64,000 nucleotides of DNA from the sequence record KU521356.1. One strand, given 5' to 3'. The position numbers and the translations under genes were made by a program. Positions 1-10,061 of the stretch are shown here, piece after piece (positions within the stretch are counted from its first letter, which is position 1; every line of letters begins with the position of its first letter). The notes below the pieces were generated by a model. The model had not been told where the DNA came from. It made no database searches and saw only the letters and a list, made by a program, of their open reading frames with translations.

Positions 1-74
1 AGCCGTCTACCTGAATTGATGGATGAATATAATAATTAATTTTCTCAAATGAATTAGTTATAATAGCCAAAATA

Positions 75-98
75 AACCCTCCTCTTAGTAGGAGGGTT
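75..98 (+). terminator. Intrinsic terminator hairpin
   Basis: AACCCTCCT-cttagt-AGGAGGGTT followed by a T/A-rich tract. Confidence 0.75.
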
Positions 99-142
99 TA
101 TATCGTCTCAAATTAGATTATCAATTAGAAAAGGAACATCAA

Positions 143-1243
143 ATGAATTATCGTAATAGCAAACTTACGTTAGTCCAGCAGAAGTGGATTGATCGTTTTA
201 TCTCCATTGCTATGGAGGTTGATAATGGCCGTGCAATTTCCAATGCATATCGCTATACTCTTAATGAACAGGGAATTAGTTCAGATAGTGAAGATCTACG
301 TATTCACTATCCTTTTGGAGTTGATAGAAAAGAATTCATCAAAGAACAAATTTACAAACTATGTGATGAAGTTATAAGCCCTTTAAATCTGAAAGCATTC
401 AGAATTAGTGGTGGTTTTGCATTACTAGATGATGAAGGAATCATTGGTTTCCTAATGAATGGAATGGAAGGTACCACTAGTCAGAACTTTAGATTATACT
501 CCAATGAAGAACTGATCAAAGTATTTAAATTACGTTTTGAAGAAGTATTTGATCAGACTCGTCCACCTAGTATTAAAAGAATTCGGGTTAACTATCAAAA
601 TAATGAACTATATAGCTTTAGTGAAGTTATTTCTGTTCGTAACTACAATCCAAATATGATGGAAATGTATCCATTCCTAGATCGATCTCCAGCTGAAATC
701 TGGACTGAATTCGCTGCATCTGAATCTAATGTTCTACTATTGATTGGTCCTCCTGGTACTGGTAAGTCTAATTATATCAATGAGATTATTCGGGCTCGTG
801 GTTATAATGATCGTAATGTGTATCTAGCTGATCAAGATGATGTACTTGGCCACGCCGGTTTGACTAATTTTATTCGTGGTGTTGAGGATAATTCACTCAT
901 TATTACAGAAGACTCTGATAAAATGGTGGCTAAACGTGTAGATGGTAATAGTAATATGTCAGGGCTATTAAATGCTACAGCTGGTCTAGTATCTACTAAG
1001 ACCAAGATTATCATTTCTACTAATCTTCCGACTCTTCGTGATGTTGATGAAGCTTTAGTTCGACCTGGCCGTGCTTTCGATATTCTTACCTTCAAAACAC
1101 TTACTGCTGAACAAGCGAATGCAGCTCGTTTAGCTAATGGTCTAGATCCAGTTGAGTTTGTCGGTAATAATCTTACTTTAGCTGAAGCATTGAATACTAG
1201 TTCTTGCAGTAGCCAACGCAAAGCAAGTCGTGTAGGTTTCTAA
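143..1243 (+). CDS. AAA+ family ATPase
   Basis: Walker A GPPGTGKS, Walker B LIITED, sensor STN, arginine-finger ALVRPGR; AAGGAA RBS. Confidence 0.85.
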   Translation: MNYRNSKLTLVQQKWIDRFISIAMEVDNGRAISNAYRYTLNEQGISSDSEDLRIHYPFGVDRKEFIKEQIYKLCDEVISPLNLKAFRISGGFALLDDEGIIGFLMNGMEGTTSQNFRLYSNEELIKVFKLRFEEVFDQTRPPSIKRIRVNYQNNELYSFSEVISVRNYNPNMMEMYPFLDRSPAEIWTEFAASESNVLLLIGPPGTGKSNYINEIIRARGYNDRNVYLADQDDVLGHAGLTNFIRGVEDNSLIITEDSDKMVAKRVDGNSNMSGLLNATAGLVSTKTKIIISTNLPTLRDVDEALVRPGRAFDILTFKTLTAEQANAARLANGLDPVEFVGNNLTLAEALNTSSCSSQRKASRVGF

Positions 1244-1350
1244 GGAAAAGTAAGCTGCTTTTAAACTAGCGAAGAAACATGAATTCCAACGTGTTATTTA
1301 TAATCCTGATGACCTTAAAGTAAAGCATTATTTCACATACGGAGATCAGC

Positions 1351-1953
1351 ATGCAGCGCAATAATGACCCGCAGCAAGTAATCATGTCGATTGAGATGTA
1401 CAATAGCCTACTGGCTATGGCTAATGATTCACCTCATTACACGACAAAACTTATCCAACGTCACGTGCGAAAGATGAATCCTTTTTTACAACCTGCACAT
1501 CTAAAGAATGTCAGAACTAAGGAAGCTATTCGGTCCCAACGTATTCGTGAAGCTCGGGCTTTCTTCGAAGCCAATCATAGAAAAATTCTGTACGCAAAGG
1601 TTGATATGGGTAACTGTAAAAAAGGAGATGATCCGGTTTACTTCCCATGCATATCTGAACGTATTGCCAAGAATAGACAACTAATCCAAGTTCGTCATGC
1701 CAATGAAGTTGGTTATGGACGGTGCATCCGGTTGGTAGAGGCTAAATATCTCACAACCATTATTCCTGATGGATATATCCAAGGAACTGGGCCGTATAAA
1801 AAATATCTTGTTAAAGAGAATGGTCCTTACGATATCCGTGAACAAGAAGAAAAACGTAAACAAGCTTTTTCGAGTGAGATAGCTAAGAAGTTTGAGTTCA
1901 AACATGATTCTTACGATATGGATAATCTCAAAAAGAATTATTATACACAATGA
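1351..1953 (+). CDS. Hypothetical protein, paralog of 26666..27049
   Basis: GGAG RBS; shared N-terminal pattern with the 26666 ORF. Confidence 0.75.
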   Translation: MQRNNDPQQVIMSIEMYNSLLAMANDSPHYTTKLIQRHVRKMNPFLQPAHLKNVRTKEAIRSQRIREARAFFEANHRKILYAKVDMGNCKKGDDPVYFPCISERIAKNRQLIQVRHANEVGYGRCIRLVEAKYLTTIIPDGYIQGTGPYKKYLVKENGPYDIREQEEKRKQAFSSEIAKKFEFKHDSYDMDNLKKNYYTQ

Positions 1954-2080
1954 GATTAGTATAAATGGACATTAGTTTATCTCCAGTATGAGTATTCCAA
2001 CTTCTTAAATATTACTAAAGAGCAGACTATGAATATATCAGTGTTTGCTCTTTGGAGGTAATTACTCTGGAGCATCTAAT

Positions 2081-2413
2081 ATGTGTGCAATTCCTGTAAT
2101 ACCTGTATCAAATGACATCACTATTATTAAGCCAGGTGATACAGTTTGGTCAACAGGTGTTCTCGGTATGAAAGCATCCTGTGAGCATCCACCAGCGCTA
2201 TTCTGTATACGGGGTGATGAACTTGAAGTTCTAGAAATTAGCCCTCCCACGGAATATGAGAAAAAAGAAATGTATAAGTGCCGCTTAAAAAGAGGCACTG
2301 GTCATTTCTGGATTTATCGTAGTGGGTTTACTAAAACAAAGCCATTTAATCACAATATGACTGGTTATGAGTTTTGGGATGGTGAGAAAATTAGAGAATA
2401 TGGTGGGTATTAG
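2081..2413 (+). CDS. Hypothetical protein (possible SH3/KOW-like barrel)
   Basis: ATG 2081 with GGAG upstream preferred over TTG 2045; IKPGDTV motif. Confidence 0.6.
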   Translation: MCAIPVIPVSNDITIIKPGDTVWSTGVLGMKASCEHPPALFCIRGDELEVLEISPPTEYEKKEMYKCRLKRGTGHFWIYRSGFTKTKPFNHNMTGYEFWDGEKIREYGGY

Positions 2414-2424
2414 AGTAAAAGAAA

Positions 2425-2550
2425 ATGACTAGCGAAAATAATAAATCAGACATACAACATGAACAAGAAGAACCACCCATATTCAAGATGCTTTTTCTAA
2501 GTGCAGTTATAGGTGGATCATTATGGGAAATAATTAGACAGTGGTTTTAG
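2425..2550 (+). CDS. 41-aa small protein with C-terminal hydrophobic helix
   Basis: Read by hand, below track cutoff: MTSENNKSDIQHEQEEPPIFKMLFLSAVIGGSLWEIIRQWF. Confidence 0.55.
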   Translation: MTSENNKSDIQHEQEEPPIFKMLFLSAVIGGSLWEIIRQWF

Positions 2551-2584
2551 CCACTGTCTTTATAATGTATTTTGAGTTATAAAA

Positions 2585-2933
2585 ATGTCCATAGAAAAAG
2601 CCTATTCCAATTTAATAGCTTCAATTAAAACAGTTAGAAAACATTTTCCTAAATTAATTCAAGAGAAGAATTTAGATGAGGAATTACGACGGGAGTTTAC
2701 GACTCCTATTCAATTCGACCCGACTAAGAAATCGGGAAACTCCTTTTGATAACGAACAGTCAGAAATGGATAAGTTAAAACCAATCGATGACTTTTGGAA
2801 AACTAAAACAATTAAACCATCAGATGCTTATTTAGAAAGAAAGAATGAGCAACTAAAGATGATTAATCCGCATAAAGTTTATAATCCATTCAATGAAAAA
2901 GATACGGTATTAAAACCTATTTCTAAATTATAA
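2585..2933 (+). pseudogene. Frameshift-split ORF (54 aa + downstream +1 frame)
   Basis: TCC TTT TGA at 2741-2749; removing one T joins it to the open frame ending 2933. Confidence 0.5.
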
Positions 2934-2945
2934 AAAGGATTTACT

Positions 2946-3365
2946 ATGAAACAAGATCATCAATTCTGGCATGATAAACCATTTTCAGAAAATGAAGTTA
3001 GGAAGAAACTTGGCGGATCGTCATTATCCAAACTAAGTACAGAACAGATTTTAGAAGAGTGGCGAACAGAACATATTGAACGTAATACTCCTTTAAGTAA
3101 AAGGCTATATGACATTCGTAATAAAGCCATCAATGATTACTCACTTACTGATAATCAACAAGTTAATAATTTGTTGCAATGTGCAGTGGATCAAGTCTTA
3201 GCAGATGTGATCATTATGTTAGATGGTTCAGTGCCACATAAGCAATTTCAAATTTCTGAATATGAAATTGAAATGGACAGTAAGGAATTATCGATTAAAG
3301 AACATACTCGTCCAATAACTGAAGATCTACTAAAAAATTATTTTGAATTGGTGAATGGCAAATGA
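2946..3365 (+). CDS. Hypothetical protein, possible distant paralog of 29477/30208
   Basis: AAGGA RBS; VIIMLDG..F motif. Confidence 0.7.
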   Translation: MKQDHQFWHDKPFSENEVRKKLGGSSLSKLSTEQILEEWRTEHIERNTPLSKRLYDIRNKAINDYSLTDNQQVNNLLQCAVDQVLADVIIMLDGSVPHKQFQISEYEIEMDSKELSIKEHTRPITEDLLKNYFELVNGK

Positions 3366-3706
3366 CTGAACGTATTCATTACTCAGATCGTAAGTTACCG
3401 CTGTGTTTTAAAGGTGTTTATGACATTCCAGTTGTAACCATCGAAAACTATTGTAAGTGGTATGGTCTTAATATTGTCTATCCAGATGGGCGTGTTGAAT
3501 GGGTTGACACTGATTTACTTGCTGAAATAGAACGGGAAAGCAAGTTCTCAGTAATGGGTGATCACAACTATCATCCAATTCTGCTGGACAAAGTAGCTGA
3601 GAAGATTGGCGGGGTGGCATGTGAGGTTGCACGTGAGTTGATGACTGGTCGTTGGGTACTAGAGGTTATGGACGGTAAAATCCCTGGTCAAGAAAAATTC
3701 TGTTAA
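3362..3706 (+). CDS. Hypothetical protein
   Basis: ATGA overlap with upstream stop. Confidence 0.75.
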   Translation: MTERIHYSDRKLPLCFKGVYDIPVVTIENYCKWYGLNIVYPDGRVEWVDTDLLAEIERESKFSVMGDHNYHPILLDKVAEKIGGVACEVARELMTGRWVLEVMDGKIPGQEKFC

Positions 3707-3710
3707 ATGG

Positions 3711-4259
3711 ATGATTAAAATGGGTATTGATGTTTTCCCTGTAGTTACCAAACGTTCCACACGTTCTTCAGATGGTGCACGTGTACTTAAATTCATTGAC
3801 ATGCATACATGCGAGGCTCTTAACTTTAGCCGTTGCTATTATCTTTGGGATTGGTTAACCGATAATAATGAGTATACCAACCGATTCTGTCGACCGACTC
3901 TTAAAGGCTGTGGATTTGGTACACTCGTCAGTGATGACTCGCATCCAGTATGGAACAACTTTGAAGGTCGCCTTTCACAAATTGTCAATTCCAAACAGGA
4001 CAATCTAACACCGTACGCCTATTATAGTGAAGATGGTTGGTACCCACTTACAATGATCTTCAATATGGAAGACCTCTGGAACTTCGATTATGATCAGAAG
4101 CCAACGATGTTCGATCAAGATGTTAATGGTGAAGTCATTTCGGAAAAAACCTATCGCCAGCTATTTTTGAGCAATAGTGTGGATGATGGTTATTTCAAGT
4201 TCCTGGAAGAAACTAAAAAGATGGAGTGTGTTCACTTCATCGCCCGATTCTGGGGATGA
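3711..4259 (+). CDS. Hypothetical protein
   Basis: 182-aa ORF tightly packed in operon. Confidence 0.7.
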   Translation: MIKMGIDVFPVVTKRSTRSSDGARVLKFIDMHTCEALNFSRCYYLWDWLTDNNEYTNRFCRPTLKGCGFGTLVSDDSHPVWNNFEGRLSQIVNSKQDNLTPYAYYSEDGWYPLTMIFNMEDLWNFDYDQKPTMFDQDVNGEVISEKTYRQLFLSNSVDDGYFKFLEETKKMECVHFIARFWG

Positions 4260-4282
4260 TTACTTAACAGGAAAAGTTAAAA

Positions 4283-4852
4283 ATGGCTATTCTATCTGAT
4301 AAAACAATCACTGACTTATCTAAAGGTCGTGAACCAATGATTACGGATTTCATTGGTCACCAGGTCCGTGAAAAAGATGGTAAAAAGATTATTAGTTATG
4401 GGCTTAGTTCATATGGGTACGATGTAAGGCTAGCCCGTAATTTTAAGATCTTTTCTAATGTAACAAGTGCAGTTATTGACCCATTAGACCCTAGTGATGG
4501 ATTCTTAGTAGATTGGACTGGTGATTATTGTATTATTCCACCTAACAGTTATATTCTTGGTCATACTGTAGAATCGTTTAATATTCCAGATGATGTCCTA
4601 GCTATTTGCACAGGTAAATCAACCTATGCACGACTAGGTGCAATTGTTAATGTCACTCCTATTGAACCAGGTTTCAAAGGACAAGTCGTTATTGAGATTG
4701 CAAACTGCACTACACTACCTCTAAAAATTTATGCTGATATGGGTATTGCTCAGTTTATGTTCTTTAGAGGTGATGCCCCATGTGAAGTTAGTTATGCAAA
4801 ACGTAATGGTAAATATCAAAATCAAATTGGTATCACAACAGCGAGACTTTAA
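4283..4852 (+). CDS. dcd: dCTP deaminase
   Basis: MAILSDK start, ISYGLSSYGYDVRL, GKSTYARLG, TPIEPGFKGQVVIEIAN, KYQNQ.GIT motifs. Confidence 0.95.
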   Translation: MAILSDKTITDLSKGREPMITDFIGHQVREKDGKKIISYGLSSYGYDVRLARNFKIFSNVTSAVIDPLDPSDGFLVDWTGDYCIIPPNSYILGHTVESFNIPDDVLAICTGKSTYARLGAIVNVTPIEPGFKGQVVIEIANCTTLPLKIYADMGIAQFMFFRGDAPCEVSYAKRNGKYQNQIGITTARL

Positions 4853-4854
4853 TA

Positions 4855-5091
4855 ATGCTTAGTCCTAACCAAGAAAAGTTTGTCAGTCGGCTAACTGAAA
4901 TTACAAAGGCATCTGATTCAGAACTTTGTGCAGTTAATGATACAATCTCATTTGATATTTCAACTGATAACATGCATGCTGAATTCTTTAATTTGGTTGC
5001 TGAACTGCATTTTAAGATTGTTCATATGTTTCCAATTAACCAATATAACACTCGTTATCGGGTTGTTATTCATGAACCATTCTATCTATGA
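4855..5091 (+). CDS. Hypothetical protein
   Basis: Coupled to dcd stop (TAATAATG). Confidence 0.65.
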   Translation: MLSPNQEKFVSRLTEITKASDSELCAVNDTISFDISTDNMHAEFFNLVAELHFKIVHMFPINQYNTRYRVVIHEPFYL

Positions 5092-5114
5092 TTGACCAAC
5101 ATAGTGGTTTATAC

Positions 5115-5150
5115 ATTTAAAGCATTTTAAACAGTATATCACAAATGTGA
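5115..5150 (+). promoter_or_regulatory. Early-type promoter (TATATCAC variant)
   Basis: ATTTAAAGCATTTTAAACAGTATATCACAAATGTGA, nearly identical to the copy at 31074-31109. Confidence 0.75.
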
Positions 5151-5181
5151 TATAATCAACATATATAGGAGATTCTAATAC

Positions 5182-5658
5182 ATGTCACGCAATACTATTT
5201 CTTCCTGGAGTGAACTTGGTTCAATGCTGGGTGTACAGCCGAAGCCGGTTCAGAAGAAACAGAAAAATCGAGCTAAAAAGAATCATGAAGCTGCGGTTCG
5301 TAAAAATTCTAGGGAAACCTTTATGGACATTGCTGCAAAACAAACTAAATCAAGTCCTAACTTCCGTAAGAACAAACAAAAAGATGTTCGTCATTGCAGT
5401 GTATGTGATAATATTAAACTAAAAGAAAATGGTATCGAAGAAGGGCGGGCCAAACCAATTGGTATGACCGAATTAGCTAAGTTCAAAGTTGAGCTAGCAA
5501 AAAATGGTCTTGAGCTATTCGGTTGTGAAGTACGTAAGCAAGAATCTTTTGCAGATGCATTTTATGGTAATAATACCATTTGTGAAGAAACTGCAAAGCT
5601 GATTAAAGCATACCAGGAAGAGTTTGATTCAGTCTTCCGCCGCGCTATTACTGCCTAA
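5182..5658 (+). CDS. Basic hypothetical early protein
   Basis: AGGAG RBS downstream of early promoter; Lys-rich N-terminus. Confidence 0.75.
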   Translation: MSRNTISSWSELGSMLGVQPKPVQKKQKNRAKKNHEAAVRKNSRETFMDIAAKQTKSSPNFRKNKQKDVRHCSVCDNIKLKENGIEEGRAKPIGMTELAKFKVELAKNGLELFGCEVRKQESFADAFYGNNTICEETAKLIKAYQEEFDSVFRRAITA

Positions 5659-5715
5659 CGATATAGGGGACCTTCTGGTCCCCTTAGTCATTATTATTTT
5701 TTTTGGATTTTAGCT

Positions 5716-5907
5716 ATGGATGATATTGAAAAGAAAATAGCCAAAATGGAAGCTCTATTTAGGTACCATGGTATTACCGTTGATATTAACCATAAGTTGA
5801 AACCTAATGCTAAGACAAAATTAACTCGTGCGGAAATTAACCGATTACAAATACAATATGATAAGCTTTTAGCTGAACGCGAAGAAGCTTTAAAAGCAAT
5901 TCCTTAA
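5716..5907 (+). CDS. Hypothetical small protein
   Basis: 63-aa helical ORF after a terminator. Confidence 0.6.
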   Translation: MDDIEKKIAKMEALFRYHGITVDINHKLKPNAKTKLTRAEINRLQIQYDKLLAEREEALKAIP

Positions 5908-5926
5908 ATTATTGAGGATTTATAAA

Positions 5927-6142
5927 ATGTTCAAGCGCGTTATGAGATATATTCGTGTTTTGAAATTAATTGTTATTTTCTATGTTAGGCGACAACTGGG
6001 TTTACACGATTATTGTACACGAAAAAATACAATTGCATTAGATCGTGAAAATAATAAACGTGTTCAAATAAATGCTATTTCTCGTAAAGTCGAAGAAGCA
6101 TTATTTAAAGTTGAACTAGCTGCGATAATGAGTAAGCGGTAA
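5927..6142 (+). CDS. Hypothetical small protein with hydrophobic N-terminal stretch
   Basis: GAGGA RBS before ATG 5927. Confidence 0.65.
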   Translation: MFKRVMRYIRVLKLIVIFYVRRQLGLHDYCTRKNTIALDRENNKRVQINAISRKVEEALFKVELAAIMSKR

Positions 6143-6148
6143 TGTTGT

Positions 6149-6202
6149 CATAAAGCCCTCCCTTCGGGGAGGGCTATTGCACTAAATTTTATTTGAGATC
6201 TA
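6149..6202 (+). repeat. 54-bp terminator + early-promoter cassette, copy 1
   Basis: Identical to 21620..21673 (CATAAAGCCCTCCCTTCGGGGAGGGCTATTGCACTAAATTTTATTTGAGATCTA). Confidence 0.9.
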
Positions 6203-6252
6203 CATTATAGATTAGCATATACTAATGGAAACATCTACATGAGGTAATTATC

Positions 6253-6552
6253 GTGAACGAAGCTATTATTTCACTGGACCGCAGAGGAGCCCATCATTTA
6301 GGATCTCGCGGTTATCCAATTAGATCAATTGGAGATGTTACAGTATTTGATTTGAATCATAATCAACTATATCCCAAAATCCATTCTCTTAAAGATCAAA
6401 ATCATGATGGATGGCACTCCATTAGTGTTGATGATGAAAATGGAGTAACAGCATATACGTTTGTTTTGAATATGGATCTTAATCTAGGATGGCTAAGACC
6501 TAAGCAGCCTAATGTTGGTGGTGGATATATCAAAATCAAATTTGAACAATAA
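6253..6552 (+). CDS. Hypothetical protein
   Basis: GAGGT RBS, GTG start. Confidence 0.7.
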   Translation: MNEAIISLDRRGAHHLGSRGYPIRSIGDVTVFDLNHNQLYPKIHSLKDQNHDGWHSISVDDENGVTAYTFVLNMDLNLGWLRPKQPNVGGGYIKIKFEQ

Positions 6553-6601
6553 GCGGTGTGTACACCGCTTTTATTCCGTGTTTATACTCAAAAGGTAATT
6601 T

Positions 6602-7735
6602 ATGATTATGTTTAAGTACTTAAAAAATGTTATTGATATTTTTAACAAACCAAAAAAGGTAGATACATTAGAACAAAAGATAGCTAATCTAAATGATAAA
6701 TACATCAGAGAAAATGTAGATGTTGATCAAATTGATATTCTGTCAGGTTATTTCACAGGAATGCTATCTGGGAAATTACATGATCGAAGTTTAGTATGGG
6801 GTTATTATACCAAAGAAACTAAGACATGGATGATTTATTTTGTTGAACAAAATTTTGATTCATTCATGTATAAAGTAACTAATAATTCATTAGATATTAT
6901 TAATCTAACTGATATAGAAGATCTTAAATTATTCTATTTCTCTAATGAACAATACATACCTGTAAATACACCAATCAATAGTGATCTAAATGTGGCTGTA
7001 ATTTTCACATCAAAACCACTCACTAAGGATTTCATTGATCCATCTTTAATAGATCAAGTTAAATCAGTTAATAGTAATTACAAGATTGTGATGGGTGGGT
7101 TATCTAATAATTCCAAATTTGATAGTAACCCAATAACTCTAATTGTAGAGTCTTATGAAGCAGATGGTGATATCGTCGTAGTTGAACTAACTAATGGTAC
7201 AACTGTGGCCATCAATAGAAAACTACTTAATATGTTTATGTATCAGTCAAGAATAGTTGATACATGTAATAACTCAAAAGTGCTTATAGATTTCAATGGA
7301 CGGCTAAAGTTCACACCTATGGAGAATCATTTAGGTGGTATAAATAGTGCAATGCATTATTGGTCAAGTAATGGAATTATCAAAATTAGGTGTGACTATA
7401 GTATCATATTAGATCTAGATAAGTTTCCAGAGATTGCTAATCATATTGGAAACTGGATACATATTGAAGCTAAGACAATTGCAAAAGTAATTGACTCGGT
7501 TGTGGTACCATACTTAACAAATGGGGAGCTTAGTACGCTCATTGTTGATTTAGATAATATCGATATTCAGTATCGTGGTTTAACATTATCTGGTAATATC
7601 AGCTTGCGTGATCGTTTAGATAAATGCAAAATCAAACTGATAAATCCATCAACTGATCCATATGAGATACCTAGTCTAAATGGTAAACGTGATGTCCATG
7701 GTTTTTATAGAGTAGATGGAAGTTTATTAAAATGA
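6602..7735 (+). CDS. Hypothetical protein (377 aa)
   Basis: AAGGT RBS; long ORF, no recognised motif. Confidence 0.8.
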   Translation: MIMFKYLKNVIDIFNKPKKVDTLEQKIANLNDKYIRENVDVDQIDILSGYFTGMLSGKLHDRSLVWGYYTKETKTWMIYFVEQNFDSFMYKVTNNSLDIINLTDIEDLKLFYFSNEQYIPVNTPINSDLNVAVIFTSKPLTKDFIDPSLIDQVKSVNSNYKIVMGGLSNNSKFDSNPITLIVESYEADGDIVVVELTNGTTVAINRKLLNMFMYQSRIVDTCNNSKVLIDFNGRLKFTPMENHLGGINSAMHYWSSNGIIKIRCDYSIILDLDKFPEIANHIGNWIHIEAKTIAKVIDSVVVPYLTNGELSTLIVDLDNIDIQYRGLTLSGNISLRDRLDKCKIKLINPSTDPYEIPSLNGKRDVHGFYRVDGSLLK

Positions 7736-8202
7736 TTAAATTAGTGATTAGTCTTTTTTATAAAATAGTTAATGAAAAGATGTCACCCACATATAAGAAA
7801 TTAGTTACATTAGATAGAAATGGATACATTTTCAATAATAAACAAGATCTGTATTCGATTAATCTTTCACTCTATCTTGAACTTATTCATTCAGTGACGA
7901 ATGACTATATTGTTCAAGAAATTATAATGTGTCTAAGTTCTAAGCCACAAGCAGTGAAAGAACTATTCCTTGAAGACCTAAGTACTAATAATCAACTACA
8001 TTATTCATTGTTAGCTTGTAAAATAATGAATGAGAGGAAAATCATTAATAAGAATATTAATAAAGCGTGTGCTAAAAATATGGCTACTTTTTTAAAGGGC
8101 TATTTCCCAAGAGACTACTTCACTTGGTATAGTTGTCTCTATTTAGCGCTATCGGCTAAAAGTAAAGCTGAGAATAACAAAGTATCTGTTATTAATGAGT
8201 AA
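7732..8202 (+). CDS. Hypothetical protein
   Basis: ATGA overlap with upstream gene. Confidence 0.7.
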   Translation: MIKLVISLFYKIVNEKMSPTYKKLVTLDRNGYIFNNKQDLYSINLSLYLELIHSVTNDYIVQEIIMCLSSKPQAVKELFLEDLSTNNQLHYSLLACKIMNERKIINKNINKACAKNMATFLKGYFPRDYFTWYSCLYLALSAKSKAENNKVSVINE

Positions 8203-8281
8203 ATACAATACTATGTAGTAGTATTTCTATTACGTACCTTTCGAGGCATATACTCCATGACTTATGTTGTGGGGTATATGT
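8202..8281 (+). promoter_or_regulatory. TATG-type promoter with structured leader
   Basis: AAATAC-N5-TATGTAG at 8212, followed by three hairpins. Confidence 0.5.
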
Positions 8282-8304
8282 GTTATAATGTTTAAGAGGT
8301 TAAA

Positions 8305-8652
8305 ATGCAAAAGCAACTAAATTCTGATGATCTAGATGTTCTTGACTCCTTTAATGCAGCATGGGAAATTGTTAAGGAAGAACATACTGATCTATTCTCA
8401 CGTATAGCGATGATGGCTATTAATAAGTTAACTGATGATGATATCTCAGTCAATGATACTAAAGTAAGTATTCAACAAGTAGTTAATTTCCATGAGCGAA
8501 TTCGAGATATCATTCCTAGCTCTGAGATTGTTAATCTTACGATTGTTAAAACTATCTTAGGTGAAATGAATGGTTGGTTAGAATTTGATGAACTTAATGA
8601 AGAACTATTTACAGCTTTAGGCAAAGCTTATAGCACTGTTAACTTTAATTGA
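8305..8652 (+). CDS. Hypothetical acidic protein
   Basis: GAGGT RBS. Confidence 0.75.
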   Translation: MQKQLNSDDLDVLDSFNAAWEIVKEEHTDLFSRIAMMAINKLTDDDISVNDTKVSIQQVVNFHERIRDIIPSSEIVNLTIVKTILGEMNGWLEFDELNEELFTALGKAYSTVNFN

Positions 8653-8720
8653 TCATTAATATGAAAATTAAAACAATATAAGTGAGGCATGTGCCTCACT
8701 ACATAGTAGAGGACTAACAC

Positions 8721-9053
8721 ATGCAGATTCAATTAGATCCATTAATGGTTTACCATGGTAGCACTAGATCTTTATTTAATGAAGATTCTAGTTTAAATGT
8801 TGTTGATGTAAGGGGCATTCAATTAAATGCTGAAGGGATAGCTGATAACAAAAATTACTATTTTGATTATGGACGTAAGAAAGATGATGATGGTGAAATA
8901 CTCACTATTTACGTACATGATCGAAATGTAGCTAAAGATTTTATTGTACTGTACGTTGAATTCCATTTAGGCACACATAAATTTCATACGTATGTACATC
9001 CACAATATCGGCATAAATTTCCAGTATTAGTACTGGAGTTATTATTCGTTTAA
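8721..9053 (+). CDS. Hypothetical protein
   Basis: GAGGA RBS; N-terminal VYHGS motif. Confidence 0.7.
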   Translation: MQIQLDPLMVYHGSTRSLFNEDSSLNVVDVRGIQLNAEGIADNKNYYFDYGRKKDDDGEILTIYVHDRNVAKDFIVLYVEFHLGTHKFHTYVHPQYRHKFPVLVLELLFV

Positions 9054-9241
9054 TATTAAGGGACTCTTAATGAGAGTCCCTATTTATTTTGCGTAAGTGT
9101 ATATATGAAAAAGAAAGCATTTATTGAAACTAGTCTAAAATATTCAAACACCAAATATAACAAAGCGATCATCTGTAATGAAATAAAATTCAAACGGTAC
9201 TAAACATACTAACCCTATGAATTAAAACGCACGGTGGTTGT

Positions 9242-9640
9242 ATGAAAATCTATGGTTCTTCTTTTCATGAGGTCACACTAGAATATGGAAAACCCTTTAT
9301 ACGCAATGGGGTTTTAAAACATTTACCTGATCTAGGTACACCAGACTTAGGATGGACTGATTTTAATATCCTTGAAATTATTCCAGGACCAGGTTATATC
9401 GATAAGAATACTCTAAACTTTTATAAAGAAAGAGATTGCTTATTTCCAGCAATCGTCAGGTTTACTGTATTTGAAGAAGAGCGTAATCGTATTATATCAA
9501 CAATTAATGTTGATCTGGCGAAAAAGGAATTAGAGTGGAATAAGACTGATCGTTTTTGGGAAATCGAAAACTTTGCAATTAGATTCCAATTAACTCAAAA
9601 TCCTTATTCAGTTTTATGGGCATCCAATGGATCACTATAG
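9242..9640 (+). CDS. Hypothetical protein
   Basis: 132-aa ORF. Confidence 0.7.
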   Translation: MKIYGSSFHEVTLEYGKPFIRNGVLKHLPDLGTPDLGWTDFNILEIIPGPGYIDKNTLNFYKERDCLFPAIVRFTVFEEERNRIISTINVDLAKKELEWNKTDRFWEIENFAIRFQLTQNPYSVLWASNGSL

Positions 9641-10061
9641 GTGTCATATGCTTACAATGGTTCCGTTATACCCTGGTGTGAGAGGATATCTTGAAGACTC
9701 GGTATTTTCAAAGAATGGGATTAATGATATTGGTTATCATAAATGGCTATCCCCTAAACGAGTGGTAGGTCCAGATGGGCTAATCATTAGTGAGGTAAAG
9801 ATAACTCCACGTATAGCCAGAATGGAAGGCGAAGTAATTCTTAAAGTATGGGATAAATGGCGAAGAGCCCAGCCTAAGCTAGTTGCTACTGTGTATATTG
9901 ATCCTAAAGATAATTCATACAGGGTAGAAGTAGAGCCTTTTTATGCATGTCGTCGGATATTACTTGAAGTGGATTTATGGGCTCAAGTAATACCTGGTGA
10001 CCGTGCACCATTTGTAAATGACTCTGTAGATGGTACATGGGCATCAAGAGATATTATTTAA
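9627..10061 (+). CDS. Hypothetical protein
   Basis: 144-aa ORF overlapping upstream stop. Confidence 0.7.
   Translation: MDHYRCHMLTMVPLYPGVRGYLEDSVFSKNGINDIGYHKWLSPKRVVGPDGLIISEVKITPRIARMEGEVILKVWDKWRRAQPKLVATVYIDPKDNSYRVEVEPFYACRRILLEVDLWAQVIPGDRAPFVNDSVDGTWASRDII

Noticed and set aside
9105-9203. 32-aa basic ORF
   Set aside because: No RBS and no supporting features.
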